Below are positions 53,737 to 63,361 of a DNA stretch of 64,000 nucleotides, in pieces; within the stretch, counting starts at the first letter, position 1, and each line of letters begins with the position of its first letter. This stretch comes from a virus (taxonomy: Duplodnaviria; Caudoviricetes). The position numbers were made by a program, and so were the translations under genes. The notes beneath the pieces were generated by a model. The model was not told where the DNA came from, ran no database searches, and worked only from the letters and a program-made list of their open reading frames with translations. The stretch is from IMG/VR virus record IMGVR_UViG_3300046615_000115, positions 1 to 64,000 of that record. One strand, 5' to 3'.

Positions 53737-54267
53737 TTAAGGATTCACACGCCACCGATCATCCACTTGACCTCCAAGAGCTTCCATTGCAGCAACTTCA
53801 GAGGGTGCAAGTGGAGTATTACCACCGATGAAAATGTCACTACCAAACAAATAAATAGCCCAGTCACGAGTCCCGAATTCAGAGCCGAACGAAGCATTAG
53901 CTGGGGCAACAATTACTGCACTGTTGCTAGAGGCTACTGTTTGACCACTCATATCTTTCATGGTGCAGTTAAAAACATAGCGGTTGTCCGGTACGTTAGC
54001 ATCTGCAATTTGAAGTTGTTGAAACAGTGTGTTAGACGGGGAACCTTGGTGCAATGTAATAGTAACATTCATTGCAGTTACACGACGTTTCACACGAGCG
54101 AAGGAGTTGTCACCCACACCCTGATAAGGCGTTGAACTTGGTACAATCCTGTCCATGCTAACGAAAGTCCCGTCAGCAAAGCCAGTTACACGGTGTACGA
54201 AATCACCTTTCGACAAAATGATAGTGAAATCATCCGGAAGGTAGTTCGCAATAAAATTATCTGCCAT
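53737..54267 (-). CDS. Tail tube protein (DUF3277-like)
   Basis: ANYLPDDF, GFADGTFV; follows sheath gene. Confidence 0.8.
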   Translation of the reverse strand: MADNFIANYLPDDFTIILSKGDFVHRVTGFADGTFVSMDRIVPSSTPYQGVGDNSFARVKRRVTAMNVTITLHQGSPSNTLFQQLQIADANVPDNRYVFNCTMKDMSGQTVASSNSAVIVAPANASFGSEFGTRDWAIYLFGSDIFIGGNTPLAPSEVAAMEALGGQVDDRWRVNP

Positions 54268-54297
54268 TAGTATTTACCTTATTAAGAATGACTATCA

Positions 54298-55581
54298 TTA
54301 TACAGAAAGGAAAATTTGCACATCTACGCTACGAATACTACCTTGCAGACGAGCGCGGATAACGAATACACCAGCGGCACGTTGTGCCCGCAGGGTTTCG
54401 GGGATGCTGAGAACAGGTGGCGTAGAAATTGTCCACCCAGAATCAACCAAACCATTACTCTGAGCAAGTGTCATGACTGCACGGAGTTCATTTTCTACAA
54501 TCAACAGCCCCGGATCAGTCATTGGGATCTTCAGGCTGTTGATGATCCGGAAATAAACACCTTCTTGCATACGTGCACGAAGCCAGTCTTTGCCGATAGC
54601 AACGTCGATTGGTTTTTCATCAAACATGTTACCATCTTGGAAGATATCAACACCACCTTTACGGCGGTAAAAGTTCCATGATTTCGCACGCAAGTTAACA
54701 ATCTGAGTGGAGCTAAGGATACTACGAGTAACGCCTACAGCACGCTTAAAATCCCAATCATTAGAGCCCGGTGTTACGGCAAGTTGACTGCCAGCCCAAG
54801 CTACCTCGGGAAATTCTGTTGCAGCCGTACCAGAGTAAACGCCGAAAGTGCGGCCTGCTGATTTGGCGTTGAGTTTATAACCAATGTCTGTGATGCCAGT
54901 AGTGGGGGCTACAGAATCAGGGGAAGAAAGACCGTAGATCTTTTCCATTGCTTGAATGGTATCAGACAGGGCTTCTTGTTCTGCTGTTACTTGAGTTTCA
55001 GCAGTCAAGCAATACCAGACATCATTCTCAGCATCTACAGCCAACAAGGCGTTTGGCCAAGTTTCAGTAGCAGTATTCACACCGATAAGGTTAGCAGAAG
55101 CTGTTACACTCCAAGCTGTACCGAGAACAGTGGTGGTCAGAATCAGAGTAGTGGTGCCAGTTACTGTAATACCAGATGGGCTGCCAATAGCAGCTTTCAA
55201 ACCGGTTACAATAGTGGTTGCAGTTGCACCAACACCGGAAGTGAAAGTGTAGAGAGTACCATTCAAGGTAACAGTATAGGCTGTACTATCAGCAACGGTT
55301 GGGGTGTAGGTTACGCTATCAACCTGACGACGACCAATAATAATTGAAGGTGGCGGAGCACCAATTACCGAACTTTGACCAAAAGCTTGGGAAGCCATTT
55401 TATAGACATTTGAGGTGGTAGAAAAATCTCCACCAACCTCTGTAATACTCAAGTAGGTACGAGCACGTTCAGAAAAATTTGTAAAAGTTGCAAGCACCAA
55501 GGGAATTGCAAAGGATGCTGTGCTGATAGCAGTAGATTGGTCAGTAATGACAATATTTACTACGTCGCTGAGGTCGGACAT
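54298..55581 (-). CDS. Tail sheath protein (DUF3383-like)
   Basis: GKDWLRARMQE, KIPMTDPG, GSIRSV. Confidence 0.85.
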   Translation of the reverse strand: MSDLSDVVNIVITDQSTAISTASFAIPLVLATFTNFSERARTYLSITEVGGDFSTTSNVYKMASQAFGQSSVIGAPPPSIIIGRRQVDSVTYTPTVADSTAYTVTLNGTLYTFTSGVGATATTIVTGLKAAIGSPSGITVTGTTTLILTTTVLGTAWSVTASANLIGVNTATETWPNALLAVDAENDVWYCLTAETQVTAEQEALSDTIQAMEKIYGLSSPDSVAPTTGITDIGYKLNAKSAGRTFGVYSGTAATEFPEVAWAGSQLAVTPGSNDWDFKRAVGVTRSILSSTQIVNLRAKSWNFYRRKGGVDIFQDGNMFDEKPIDVAIGKDWLRARMQEGVYFRIINSLKIPMTDPGLLIVENELRAVMTLAQSNGLVDSGWTISTPPVLSIPETLRAQRAAGVFVIRARLQGSIRSVDVQIFLSV

Positions 55582-55615
55582 ATTTAATGTTATCCTTTAG
55601 ATTGAGTAGCCATTG

Positions 55616-56155
55616 CTACGGATAAATGATACTTTCGGGAATTTTTATAATTACTGGAATCTCTGAAGTCTCATCAGCAATGACTACGCCTTCAACAACA
55701 TCAACAAGTTGATTTGTATTAACTGTATAATTAAACGTCACATCCATGTTGTGATATTCAACCCACTTCGTATCTCGTTTCTGAGGTGCTCGTCTAATCT
55801 GACTCTTCCTCATTAACCCTAAACGTTGTTTCTTTAATTCTTCTAGAGCAACGGGGTTGTTATTGATTCTTTGAGTAAAGCTTTGAGCCATATCACCGGA
55901 CAAACTACCAATGAAAGAAAATTGACAAAGGAGTTCGTACTGAACTTGTATTGAAAGTTCTTCGTCTGTGTTGGTCAGAGTTGAAGTAATGTGATGACCT
56001 TGTTGTTCAATATTAAGAATATTGATTACAACATAACTCTCAGCAGGTTCTGTACCCGAACTATGGCTGAAGATGACAGGGGTACTTGGGTACTCCGATA
56101 ACGCTGCAATAGCGCCAAGTCTGATTGCTTTTCGAACATCTGAGTAGATTGCCAT
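55616..56155 (-). CDS. Tail terminator / neck protein
   Basis: Position directly before sheath. Confidence 0.65.
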   Translation of the reverse strand: MAIYSDVRKAIRLGAIAALSEYPSTPVIFSHSSGTEPAESYVVINILNIEQQGHHITSTLTNTDEELSIQVQYELLCQFSFIGSLSGDMAQSFTQRINNNPVALEELKKQRLGLMRKSQIRRAPQKRDTKWVEYHNMDVTFNYTVNTNQLVDVVEGVVIADETSEIPVIIKIPESIIYP

Positions 56156-56167
56156 ATTTTGATGTCC

Positions 56168-56542
56168 TTAGTTTGGAGTAATTTCTACTCTCGTACACTT
56201 GCATTCTCGATGATCTTGGACTTGCATGACATACGTTTCAACTTTCATAATCTCGTACAAGTCACCTTGCCACATAAATCTATCGGCTCCGTAACCTACA
56301 CCAATTGGACCTTCCTTCTTCTGCCTAACCAAGTCAGCAGTAAATAACCACAGCCAGCTTTTAGTTCTATCTGTTTCAGGTAACATCATTACTTGATAAT
56401 CAGAAAATGGATGAACGTTTGCCTGAATCACAACCGACGTTTCAGAACCTTCGACCCACTCTCCATCAACATAACTACCCTCCGCATGACGTAGAATAGT
56501 AATAGGAGTTTTCTTAACCAATGAGAACTGTGCAATAGACAT
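56168..56542 (-). CDS. Head closure (stopper) protein
   Basis: G.YVDGEWVEG; ADRFMWQGDLYEI. Confidence 0.7.
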   Translation of the reverse strand: MSIAQFSLVKKTPITILRHAEGSYVDGEWVEGSETSVVIQANVHPFSDYQVMMLPETDRTKSWLWLFTADLVRQKKEGPIGVGYGADRFMWQGDLYEIMKVETYVMQVQDHRECKCTRVEITPN

Positions 56543-57045
56543 TAGTTACTCCCTTTCTTTTCTACTTTGGCAGTTACGTTAGCAATCAGTTGGCTAGTTT
56601 CAACAAGAGGGTCATCGAATCCTTTCATCTCAACAGTAAGAGGAGCATTTCGTGGGGTATCCCAATCAAGCATAACTTTCCTCAGAGTCCTTTCAAAGTT
56701 AGTTGTACTCTTCTGCATAGCAGCTAGGATTGATTTGCCAGTGAGAAGGGCTTCAATCATATCCTTGAAGTCATCCTTGTTAGCACCAGCCGCTAAGGCA
56801 CCTTTCAAACCAACCCTCATAAAAGGACGTGGTGGTGTAATAGCTCCCGGCACTAAAGAATCAGATCCATTAATATGACCTTCTTCGTTCAATTGAGCAA
56901 CAGTTGCCATTGGAAGGTTATTGTTATCCGGTCCGTAGACATTTTCAGGAAACCATCCAAGCTGAACTTCATTAGTGGCAGCTTGCTGAAGATTCTTCTT
57001 AACTTTTTCCCAACCAGACTTATCAATCTTCAGCTTAAACGTCAT
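56542..57045 (-). CDS. Neck / tail completion protein
   Basis: PPRPFMR; KGFDDPLVETSQL. Confidence 0.7.
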   Translation of the reverse strand: MTFKLKIDKSGWEKVKKNLQQAATNEVQLGWFPENVYGPDNNNLPMATVAQLNEEGHINGSDSLVPGAITPPRPFMRVGLKGALAAGANKDDFKDMIEALLTGKSILAAMQKSTTNFERTLRKVMLDWDTPRNAPLTVEMKGFDDPLVETSQLIANVTAKVEKKGSN

Positions 57046-57538
57046 TATCAAAAGCATCCAATTCCCATCCTACAAACTGGATGGCTGAATCAATACCAAA
57101 GAATGCCGAAGCATCTCGTGTAGAGTTACCATGATTATAAGGCTTTTGACCTTTATCAAATCCTTGGTAGATAGGTTGGATATTGTTATCTTGATTACTG
57201 TCATTGTTGAACATATCAACTTTGCTCACACCACCGGCATAAGGAATAATCCTTGAAGACAGGAGTGATGCGGGAGTCTTGATAACGTTCGTAAGAGCAG
57301 CTAAGTATGCTGTGGAATAGCTGTTCCAAACTTCATAATTACCTGCCCGTTCACGAGTAGGATAACTAGCAATTCGTAATGAAATAATGATTGCAGCTTT
57401 AATAGTAGCTTGCCAAACATCACCATTAGTTGTTTCTAAAAGATATTCGTAGGTTTCATCATCAAGAATAGGATAGAGTGGATTACCCGGAACATCACCT
57501 ACAATGATCTTAACCTTGTCTACATCAGTAAGGGCCAT
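57035..57538 (-). CDS. Head-tail adaptor protein
   Basis: VKIIVGD...LDDETYEYLL; PYAGGVS. Confidence 0.7.
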   Translation of the reverse strand: MALTDVDKVKIIVGDVPGNPLYPILDDETYEYLLETTNGDVWQATIKAAIIISLRIASYPTRERAGNYEVWNSYSTAYLAALTNVIKTPASLLSSRIIPYAGGVSKVDMFNNDSNQDNNIQPIYQGFDKGQKPYNHGNSTRDASAFFGIDSAIQFVGWELDAFDNDV

Positions 57539-57561
57539 GCAGCCTCCTTATAAATTAAAGG

Positions 57562-57580
57562 AGGGCAGACTAGCTGCCCT
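57562..57580 (-). terminator. Intrinsic terminator
   Basis: AGGGCAG-5-CTGCCCT then CCTTTAATTT. Confidence 0.6.
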
Positions 57581-57584
57581 TGCA

Positions 57585-57845
57585 TCAACTGGCAGGCATA
57601 ATCCCGGCAGTGATAAGTTTGGTCAACAGTGCGTTATATGCAGTGGTGACAGCAGTCAGGTCAGCAAACGCTGGAGACTGTTGAGGAGTAAAAGTAATTT
57701 GTTTTACTTTACCAGCAACAGTGGTAGTAGCTGCTGGAGTAGTTGCACCAGAAACAGCACTGTCGGTGTCAGTGATAACACGATCAATTACGGTAAAGAC
57801 ATCACCCCAAGAACGTTCTTGGATAGTGGTTTTTGCAATAGCCAT
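57585..57845 (-). CDS. Head fibre/decoration protein
   Basis: ATTTVAGKVKQ; NALLTKLITAGIM. Confidence 0.7.
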   Translation of the reverse strand: MAIAKTTIQERSWGDVFTVIDRVITDTDSAVSGATTPAATTTVAGKVKQITFTPQQSPAFADLTAVTTAYNALLTKLITAGIMPAS

Positions 57846-57872
57846 TCTAAGCTCCTAATCTATTTAAACTGT

Positions 57873-57894
57873 AAGGGCACCAAACGATGCCCTT
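57873..57894 (-). terminator. Hairpin after major capsid gene
   Basis: AAGGGCA-8-TGCCCTT. Confidence 0.55.
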
Positions 57895-57908
57895 TATTTC
57901 AAGACTTA

Positions 57909-58952
57909 TTAGGTCGAAGAAATCAGCTTAACCAGTACTTGTGGCTGAGTGACGAAGTACAGAGGAGAAGTCTCAACTTGCATTTCGTGGAACTCATCTT
58001 TAGGATCGGTGAACTCGTATGCGAACATCTCAACACCAACACCGTTAGCACCACCAAGCTTGTTGCTTGGGCCGTAGTAACCACGAAACAGATCATTTAC
58101 AACTGGCAGAACGTGACCAGTGTCAGTAGCAACAGCTACTTCGGTGGTATCATTTGGCAGTTTGAAGATATGATCGTAGGTGATGAAAGTTACACCTTTA
58201 TAGGTGAACTGATCAACCGAACCCCAAGCCATGAATTGGTTGGTGCTGTTACGGTTGATTTCAACTTGGGAAGCGTAGTACAGATAAGCTTGACGAATCT
58301 GTGGGTGACTAACCAGTTTGTCGAAGAACGAGCCGTCAACAACAACACGAATACCGCCACCGATGGTGGAACCAGTTTTCAAGTTGGTTTGCAGGTAACG
58401 CTTCAGTTGCGAGATTTTAGCGTTAACGTCGGTGGACGCATCACCAAGATCAAAGTCAATCACTTGTTGAGTGATACCGAACTGAGTGAACATGTCTGCA
58501 ATTACAGCACCGTCAGGGGTCTTCATGATACCCTTGGCAGCTTGCAACTTCATGTACTCAAGTGATTGCTCAACTTGTGCACGCATGTCGGTCAGTTTTT
58601 GTACACGAACACGGGCCAGTTGCTCAGGAGAGTCTGGGGTGCCCGGCATACGCCAGCCTTGAATATCTTCAGGAGTGATATAATCACTGTGTTTGAAGTA
58701 AGCCAAAGGCAGCGAGAAGGTTTCTACTTTCCGATCATTACCTTTAGTAGTATCGCGACTACGGCGGGAAACTTGTGGGAGCAGGGTGGTGTCATTCATG
58801 CTCTTATCGAACACGATTGCAGTTTGAGTAGTACCTTGGGTGCGGAACAGATCCATACCACCGATCAAACCAGCTTGGTTATCAAGGTTGTTAATTTCGG
58901 CGGTCCAATCAACTAGTTGGAAGCCATTACCAAACGAACGAGTAGTTGCCAT
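57909..58952 (-). CDS. Major capsid protein (lambda E-like)
   Basis: 347 aa; LEYMKLQAAKG; ETSPLYFVTQP. Confidence 0.9.
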   Translation of the reverse strand: MATTRSFGNGFQLVDWTAEINNLDNQAGLIGGMDLFRTQGTTQTAIVFDKSMNDTTLLPQVSRRSRDTTKGNDRKVETFSLPLAYFKHSDYITPEDIQGWRMPGTPDSPEQLARVRVQKLTDMRAQVEQSLEYMKLQAAKGIMKTPDGAVIADMFTQFGITQQVIDFDLGDASTDVNAKISQLKRYLQTNLKTGSTIGGGIRVVVDGSFFDKLVSHPQIRQAYLYYASQVEINRNSTNQFMAWGSVDQFTYKGVTFITYDHIFKLPNDTTEVAVATDTGHVLPVVNDLFRGYYGPSNKLGGANGVGVEMFAYEFTDPKDEFHEMQVETSPLYFVTQPQVLVKLISST

Positions 58953-58961
58953 TGTCTATTT

Positions 58962-59744
58962 TTATCCTATATTCATAATCTGTGGGAATTCTTTGCTCAG
59001 CCACAGTAAAAGTTCTGTTTCTAATTTGGGTTCTATAGTTTCTGTAAAACCATCTGGCAAGACATCTTTTGATATAACACCAGTCTTAAACTTCTTCTTG
59101 ATTTCATTTTCAATGTGGTAAATTAAACTACCATCTTGATCGTGTACTTCTAAAAGACAGTTTAAATCAGCAATTGTCTTTCTTTGCAGTTGCCTATGCC
59201 GTGACTTAACTTCACAGTTTGTTATACCGAACTTCAATCCCACAACTTCACCGAACATCTCAATTCTATGTATATAGAGAGCTGCGGGCTTATTTGTGTT
59301 GAAGCCTGTCTCTGAACATTTTCTACAACCTTGATTGCTGTAAATTACATTAGAGGCTTGTGTCTTAAAACTGCCATGTTCAAGACAAAGAAATTCCCAA
59401 GCAGAGCTTGTTAACCCGTCATAAGTGTTGAGAACTTTAAATCTTGTTTTGCTCTCAACTATATGAATCAAATCTTCAACGGGTATTTTCTTTTCTTTTT
59501 GAATCTTGATAAGATTACTTTCTCTCAAGCAGCCACAGGCAGTTACTGACGAGTTCAAATTGTTCGAGGGTAGTAGGACGACGTTTCCGCAATCACATCT
59601 ACAAGCGTACTGATTTTTCTTCCTTGAGTTTCTACCTGCATAGAAAAGAACCTCTATCATTCCATATCGATTACCAACTTTTGGAACATACAGATGGTGT
59701 ATTGGTTCTTCCTGCCTAAGAGAAAATATATCTTCTACAGTCAC
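58962..59744 (-). CDS. GIY-YIG-like homing endonuclease with Zn-ribbon modules
   Basis: CRCDCG..ACGC; CLEHG..GCRKC; ALYIHR..LKFGITN. Confidence 0.7.
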   Translation of the reverse strand: MTVEDIFSLRQEEPIHHLYVPKVGNRYGMIEVLFYAGRNSRKKNQYACRCDCGNVVLLPSNNLNSSVTACGCLRESNLIKIQKEKKIPVEDLIHIVESKTRFKVLNTYDGLTSSAWEFLCLEHGSFKTQASNVIYSNQGCRKCSETGFNTNKPAALYIHRIEMFGEVVGLKFGITNCEVKSRHRQLQRKTIADLNCLLEVHDQDGSLIYHIENEIKKKFKTGVISKDVLPDGFTETIEPKLETELLLWLSKEFPQIMNIG

Positions 59745-59762
59745 ATGAACCTCAGATCAGTC

Positions 59763-60191
59763 TCAGCTAAACTGATTTGGTTGATCCAAGACCTGAATTC
59801 CTACAGCTTCCATTTGTGCGTACACAGCAGCCAGTTCAGGAGCAGTGTCAACAGAAGCACCGAAAACAAGGTAGGATTTGCCTACGCCAGCAGGACCACG
59901 GAACAGAACAGTTACCGAAGTGTCAGTGGTAGCAGCGATGGTTTGCTTGTTATCACCATCTGGTTTGCCGATATAAATACCAGCGAAGTTTTGGCTACCA
60001 TCTACAGCAGTAGCTTCCAAGATTTTGTACTTACCGGTGGCAGTAACTTTACCCAGCACAGTACCAATGGTGTAGGTTTTAATTGCAGCTTCGTTAGCTA
60101 CAACTACATCACGGCAGTGGCCGTATTCAGGGTGATCTTCATATTGCAGTACAGCGCCAAGGCGAGTAGAGCGAGTGTCGATTGCAGCCAT
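59763..60191 (-). CDS. Head decoration protein (lambda D-like)
   Basis: GTVLGKVTATGKY; DGSQNFAGI. Confidence 0.8.
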   Translation of the reverse strand: MAAIDTRSTRLGAVLQYEDHPEYGHCRDVVVANEAAIKTYTIGTVLGKVTATGKYKILEATAVDGSQNFAGIYIGKPDGDNKQTIAATTDTSVTVLFRGPAGVGKSYLVFGASVDTAPELAAVYAQMEAVGIQVLDQPNQFS

Positions 60192-60233
60192 ATTATTTGA
60201 AACTCCTAGCTAGGATTTTATTGATAAACAATA

Positions 60234-61187
60234 TTATTGTTTTTTACTTTTGTTAATAAGTTCACCAACAAGATTCAGACCAGCTTCTTCTTGTTTCTTC
60301 GGTTCACCTTCACCGCTAACGCCTTTCTCTTTGAAAAGGTCAGAGTCTTTTTCTTCTTTGGCTTTACCGCCAAGAGATTTGAATACAGCTTCGAATGCTT
60401 CATCTGGCAAAGCTTCAGTTGCTTTGTACAGGGATTCAGCTTCTTCCTTGCTAACTACAGCTTCCAGTTTCTCTTTACGAGCTTTAGCAACAACTTCCAG
60501 TTTCTCAGCTTTGAATGCAGCAACTTCTTCAAGAGCTTTGGTCAGAGCAGCTTCTTTTTCTACCAATTGAGCTTTGAGAATTGCTTCAGCAGCATCAACT
60601 GCTTTCTTGATTTCTTGTTCCAAAATTTCTACCTCAGACTTTTTAAGTTCTTGTGCTTTGAACATCTCAACTAGATGCTCTTTAGTACTATCATTTTGAA
60701 GGGCTTTAGTTACAAGGCTATAGATTCCTTCTTCAAGTTTGTCTTCCGCATCTTCAGACAGAAGCATTTCCCCAGTTTCAGGTTCATAAGAAATAACCCG
60801 AGACATAGGTTTGGCCAAGTCACCTAAAGTAACTTTTCCATCTACAAGAGAGTAATCTACCGAGAATAGACCGCCCTCACTACAGAAGAGAACAATGGAA
60901 TCATTATAGTCTTCTACATACAGCCAACGATCGTCATCACCGAAAGCTTCACGAACTGCACTACTAAGTGCATCATTAATCTTGGATGCGTACATTGATT
61001 TGTTAACAATAGCTTTATCAAGCCCAAGAGCCTTCAAAGACTTTTCAACATCTTCTGTGATAGCCGCATCAGACTTCATGAGAAGTGATACATTACGTCC
61101 ATTTGCCGAACCACCCTGAAGCTCTTTATGGGTAAGTGCTAAGTGGGGGCGTTTGCTATCATCTTTCGTTTTAATAATCAGAGGCAT
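60234..61187 (-). CDS. Scaffolding protein
   Basis: Glu/Lys/Ala-rich coiled-coil C-terminal half; between protease and decoration genes. Confidence 0.7.
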   Translation of the reverse strand: MPLIIKTKDDSKRPHLALTHKELQGGSANGRNVSLLMKSDAAITEDVEKSLKALGLDKAIVNKSMYASKINDALSSAVREAFGDDDRWLYVEDYNDSIVLFCSEGGLFSVDYSLVDGKVTLGDLAKPMSRVISYEPETGEMLLSEDAEDKLEEGIYSLVTKALQNDSTKEHLVEMFKAQELKKSEVEILEQEIKKAVDAAEAILKAQLVEKEAALTKALEEVAAFKAEKLEVVAKARKEKLEAVVSKEEAESLYKATEALPDEAFEAVFKSLGGKAKEEKDSDLFKEKGVSGEGEPKKQEEAGLNLVGELINKSKKQ

Positions 61188-61888
61188 TATTCACCACCAT
61201 CAAATGTGACATTGGTGATTTCACCAGTCTTTTGGTTGATCTTTCCTTTACCACCGATACTTACACCGCCAATTACCCCAGCTTTCTTAAGGTTCCAAAG
61301 ATCCTCGCTGTTGTATTTAATCTTGGCAACCCAAGTACCAGCTTTAATAACTTCATCTGTTTGAATAACTTTTACATCCAATTCTTTTTGAACCCAAGTA
61401 GATTCAATGGTGAATGCGTCAGTTTCTTCAAGATGAAAGAGGTTAGAATTAACAACCCCTTTCTCAAGATTCTGATTAAAGTTATCACAAGCTTTCTCAA
61501 TAGTATCTTCAGACATCCATTCCCCGTGAGCATCCTTCACTAGAGGCTCATAAACAACTTCATAAGAAACCATTTCCTCATTAAGTTCTTCGACATGATC
61601 TTCACTAGAAGAACCACCGAAGACTTTCTCAATGAAAACAGAGAAGATATCCATGAACTCAGAAGCTTTCAGAATATCCGGCAACTCATTATCTGGATAG
61701 AACTTCTTGTACGCTGCACGAACTTTACGCTTAACTGCGGGAAGGTCAGCTTCGGGGATTTGTACTTTATTTCCCCGAAATCCCTTCCCCAAGGCCGCGA
61801 CTGCGGCTGCTGTATGTCGAGCATCTGAGATATTTAGCTTTGCTTTAGACTCATCTTCTGGGTCTGGATTATATGCATATACTGTCAA
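61187..61888 (-). CDS. Prohead protease (XkdF-like) with extra N-terminal domain
   Basis: VYEPLVKDAHGEW, FHLE, GTWV, GGVSIGG. Confidence 0.8.
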   Translation of the reverse strand: MTVYAYNPDPEDESKAKLNISDARHTAAAVAALGKGFRGNKVQIPEADLPAVKRKVRAAYKKFYPDNELPDILKASEFMDIFSVFIEKVFGGSSSEDHVEELNEEMVSYEVVYEPLVKDAHGEWMSEDTIEKACDNFNQNLEKGVVNSNLFHLEETDAFTIESTWVQKELDVKVIQTDEVIKAGTWVAKIKYNSEDLWNLKKAGVIGGVSIGGKGKINQKTGEITNVTFDGGE

Positions 61889-63361
61889 TTAAGTATTCTC
61901 CGTATTGGCAATAGAGTTATCTTTACTGCCCATAGGGCTTGTACTTGTACCAGCTCCAGCAGTTACCATACCTTCACCAGCACCTGATGTATTACCTGTC
62001 AAGCCAGCACGAAGTTCAGCGATATCCATACCAGAATCGTGGCGAGAAGGAAGACCAACCCAGTCAGCAACTTGGTTAATGTTCTCAGGAGTGATACTGA
62101 TCAGACCGACAGATGCAGCACGCTGGAGATACTTAGACAGGACATCCAAGTCTTCTTCTTTGATTTGATCGTACTCAAACTTAGGAAGACGATCTAGCGG
62201 CCAACCATTCAGTGCAAAGAGTTGTGGAATCAAATCAGTGTTAAGCGGATCTTGAATCTCTTTCAGATAGTTCTCAACAGCCATATGCACAATAGATGAT
62301 TTACTATCTGCAAGGTTGAACGAACCACCTTTCGAATTACCCATCTGCAAGATATCAGCAAACAATGCTTGAAGGATCTTGTTATCCCAACGAATGATTG
62401 CTTTGTCAGTGTCGTATTGGCTAGCGTTAGGAGGGCCAATCAATTCGAAGTCAAATAGGCTGTTATTCTGGTCGTCGTAAAATTTAGGAAGAATAATGCA
62501 GGCTTGTTCATTATTCTGAAGGTTACGACCAATATTCTTAAAGGCTTCTACTGTAGCTTTCTGGTCATCTGTACTGTCAGCTTTCAAGTAATCTGCTGGC
62601 AATTCAAACTTAGGAATACCACCAAGACCACGAGTGATGCCTACAGCTTCAGATTCTTCAATCTGCTTGCGATAACGCCATGCCTTGTAGACTTTGGAAA
62701 GAGGAGAACGACCTTGTGGGTTATCTCTGCTTACATCTGTGCGGAACAGAAGGAACTTCTTACGATCAATATCAATCTGACCACCGTATTCTTTACTGTT
62801 AGCTAAGCGATAGCCATCCATCAAGAAGCTAGTGTCTTGGACAACACCTAGAAGTTCACGACCAGCATCATCAAACAGCCAACGATAAATAGTGGTTTGT
62901 GAGCGGGTGGCAAGCTTGGAAATACCTACAAGACCATCATCGTACTTAGAGCCTGTAGACAAACGACGCCGACGATATACTTTCTCTTGAATCGCATATC
63001 CATAAGTGAACATGCTAGTTACTTCCTTAATAAAGGAGAACCAACTGTGTTCCATGTCATCCATACATTGTTGAAGGAATTTAACTTTCTTCAAGTCATC
63101 TTCTGTAGGATCAACAGGTGGTGTTACTTTCCAGTTAACACGGCTAATCATCATTGAGAATAGTGAGAGAGCAGAAGCAATAGTTGCGTCCTCTCCCATT
63201 TCTTGGTAAGTTCTATTAGCTCGTGGCCACTTCAAATTCTCACGCATTTCTTCTAAGATAATGCCGTCGAATTCGCGTAACCCCAACCAACCTTGTTCGC
63301 CTATCTTGATGCGCAATGCCGGATTATCTCCGGCTTGCAAATTCAAATCATCATTTGGCAT
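61889..63361 (-). CDS. Portal protein
   Basis: 490 aa; NPQGRSPL; GSFNLA; upstream of protease. Confidence 0.85.
   Translation of the reverse strand: MPNDDLNLQAGDNPALRIKIGEQGWLGLREFDGIILEEMRENLKWPRANRTYQEMGEDATIASALSLFSMMISRVNWKVTPPVDPTEDDLKKVKFLQQCMDDMEHSWFSFIKEVTSMFTYGYAIQEKVYRRRRLSTGSKYDDGLVGISKLATRSQTTIYRWLFDDAGRELLGVVQDTSFLMDGYRLANSKEYGGQIDIDRKKFLLFRTDVSRDNPQGRSPLSKVYKAWRYRKQIEESEAVGITRGLGGIPKFELPADYLKADSTDDQKATVEAFKNIGRNLQNNEQACIILPKFYDDQNNSLFDFELIGPPNASQYDTDKAIIRWDNKILQALFADILQMGNSKGGSFNLADSKSSIVHMAVENYLKEIQDPLNTDLIPQLFALNGWPLDRLPKFEYDQIKEEDLDVLSKYLQRAASVGLISITPENINQVADWVGLPSRHDSGMDIAELRAGLTGNTSGAGEGMVTAGAGTSTSPMGSKDNSIANTENT

Noticed and set aside
57504-58565. 353-aa plus-strand ORF
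   Set aside because: Antisense shadow of the capsid and head fibre genes; no RBS or motif. The same applies to most other overlapping opposite-strand track ORFs (e.g. 30186-30758, 24190-24837).
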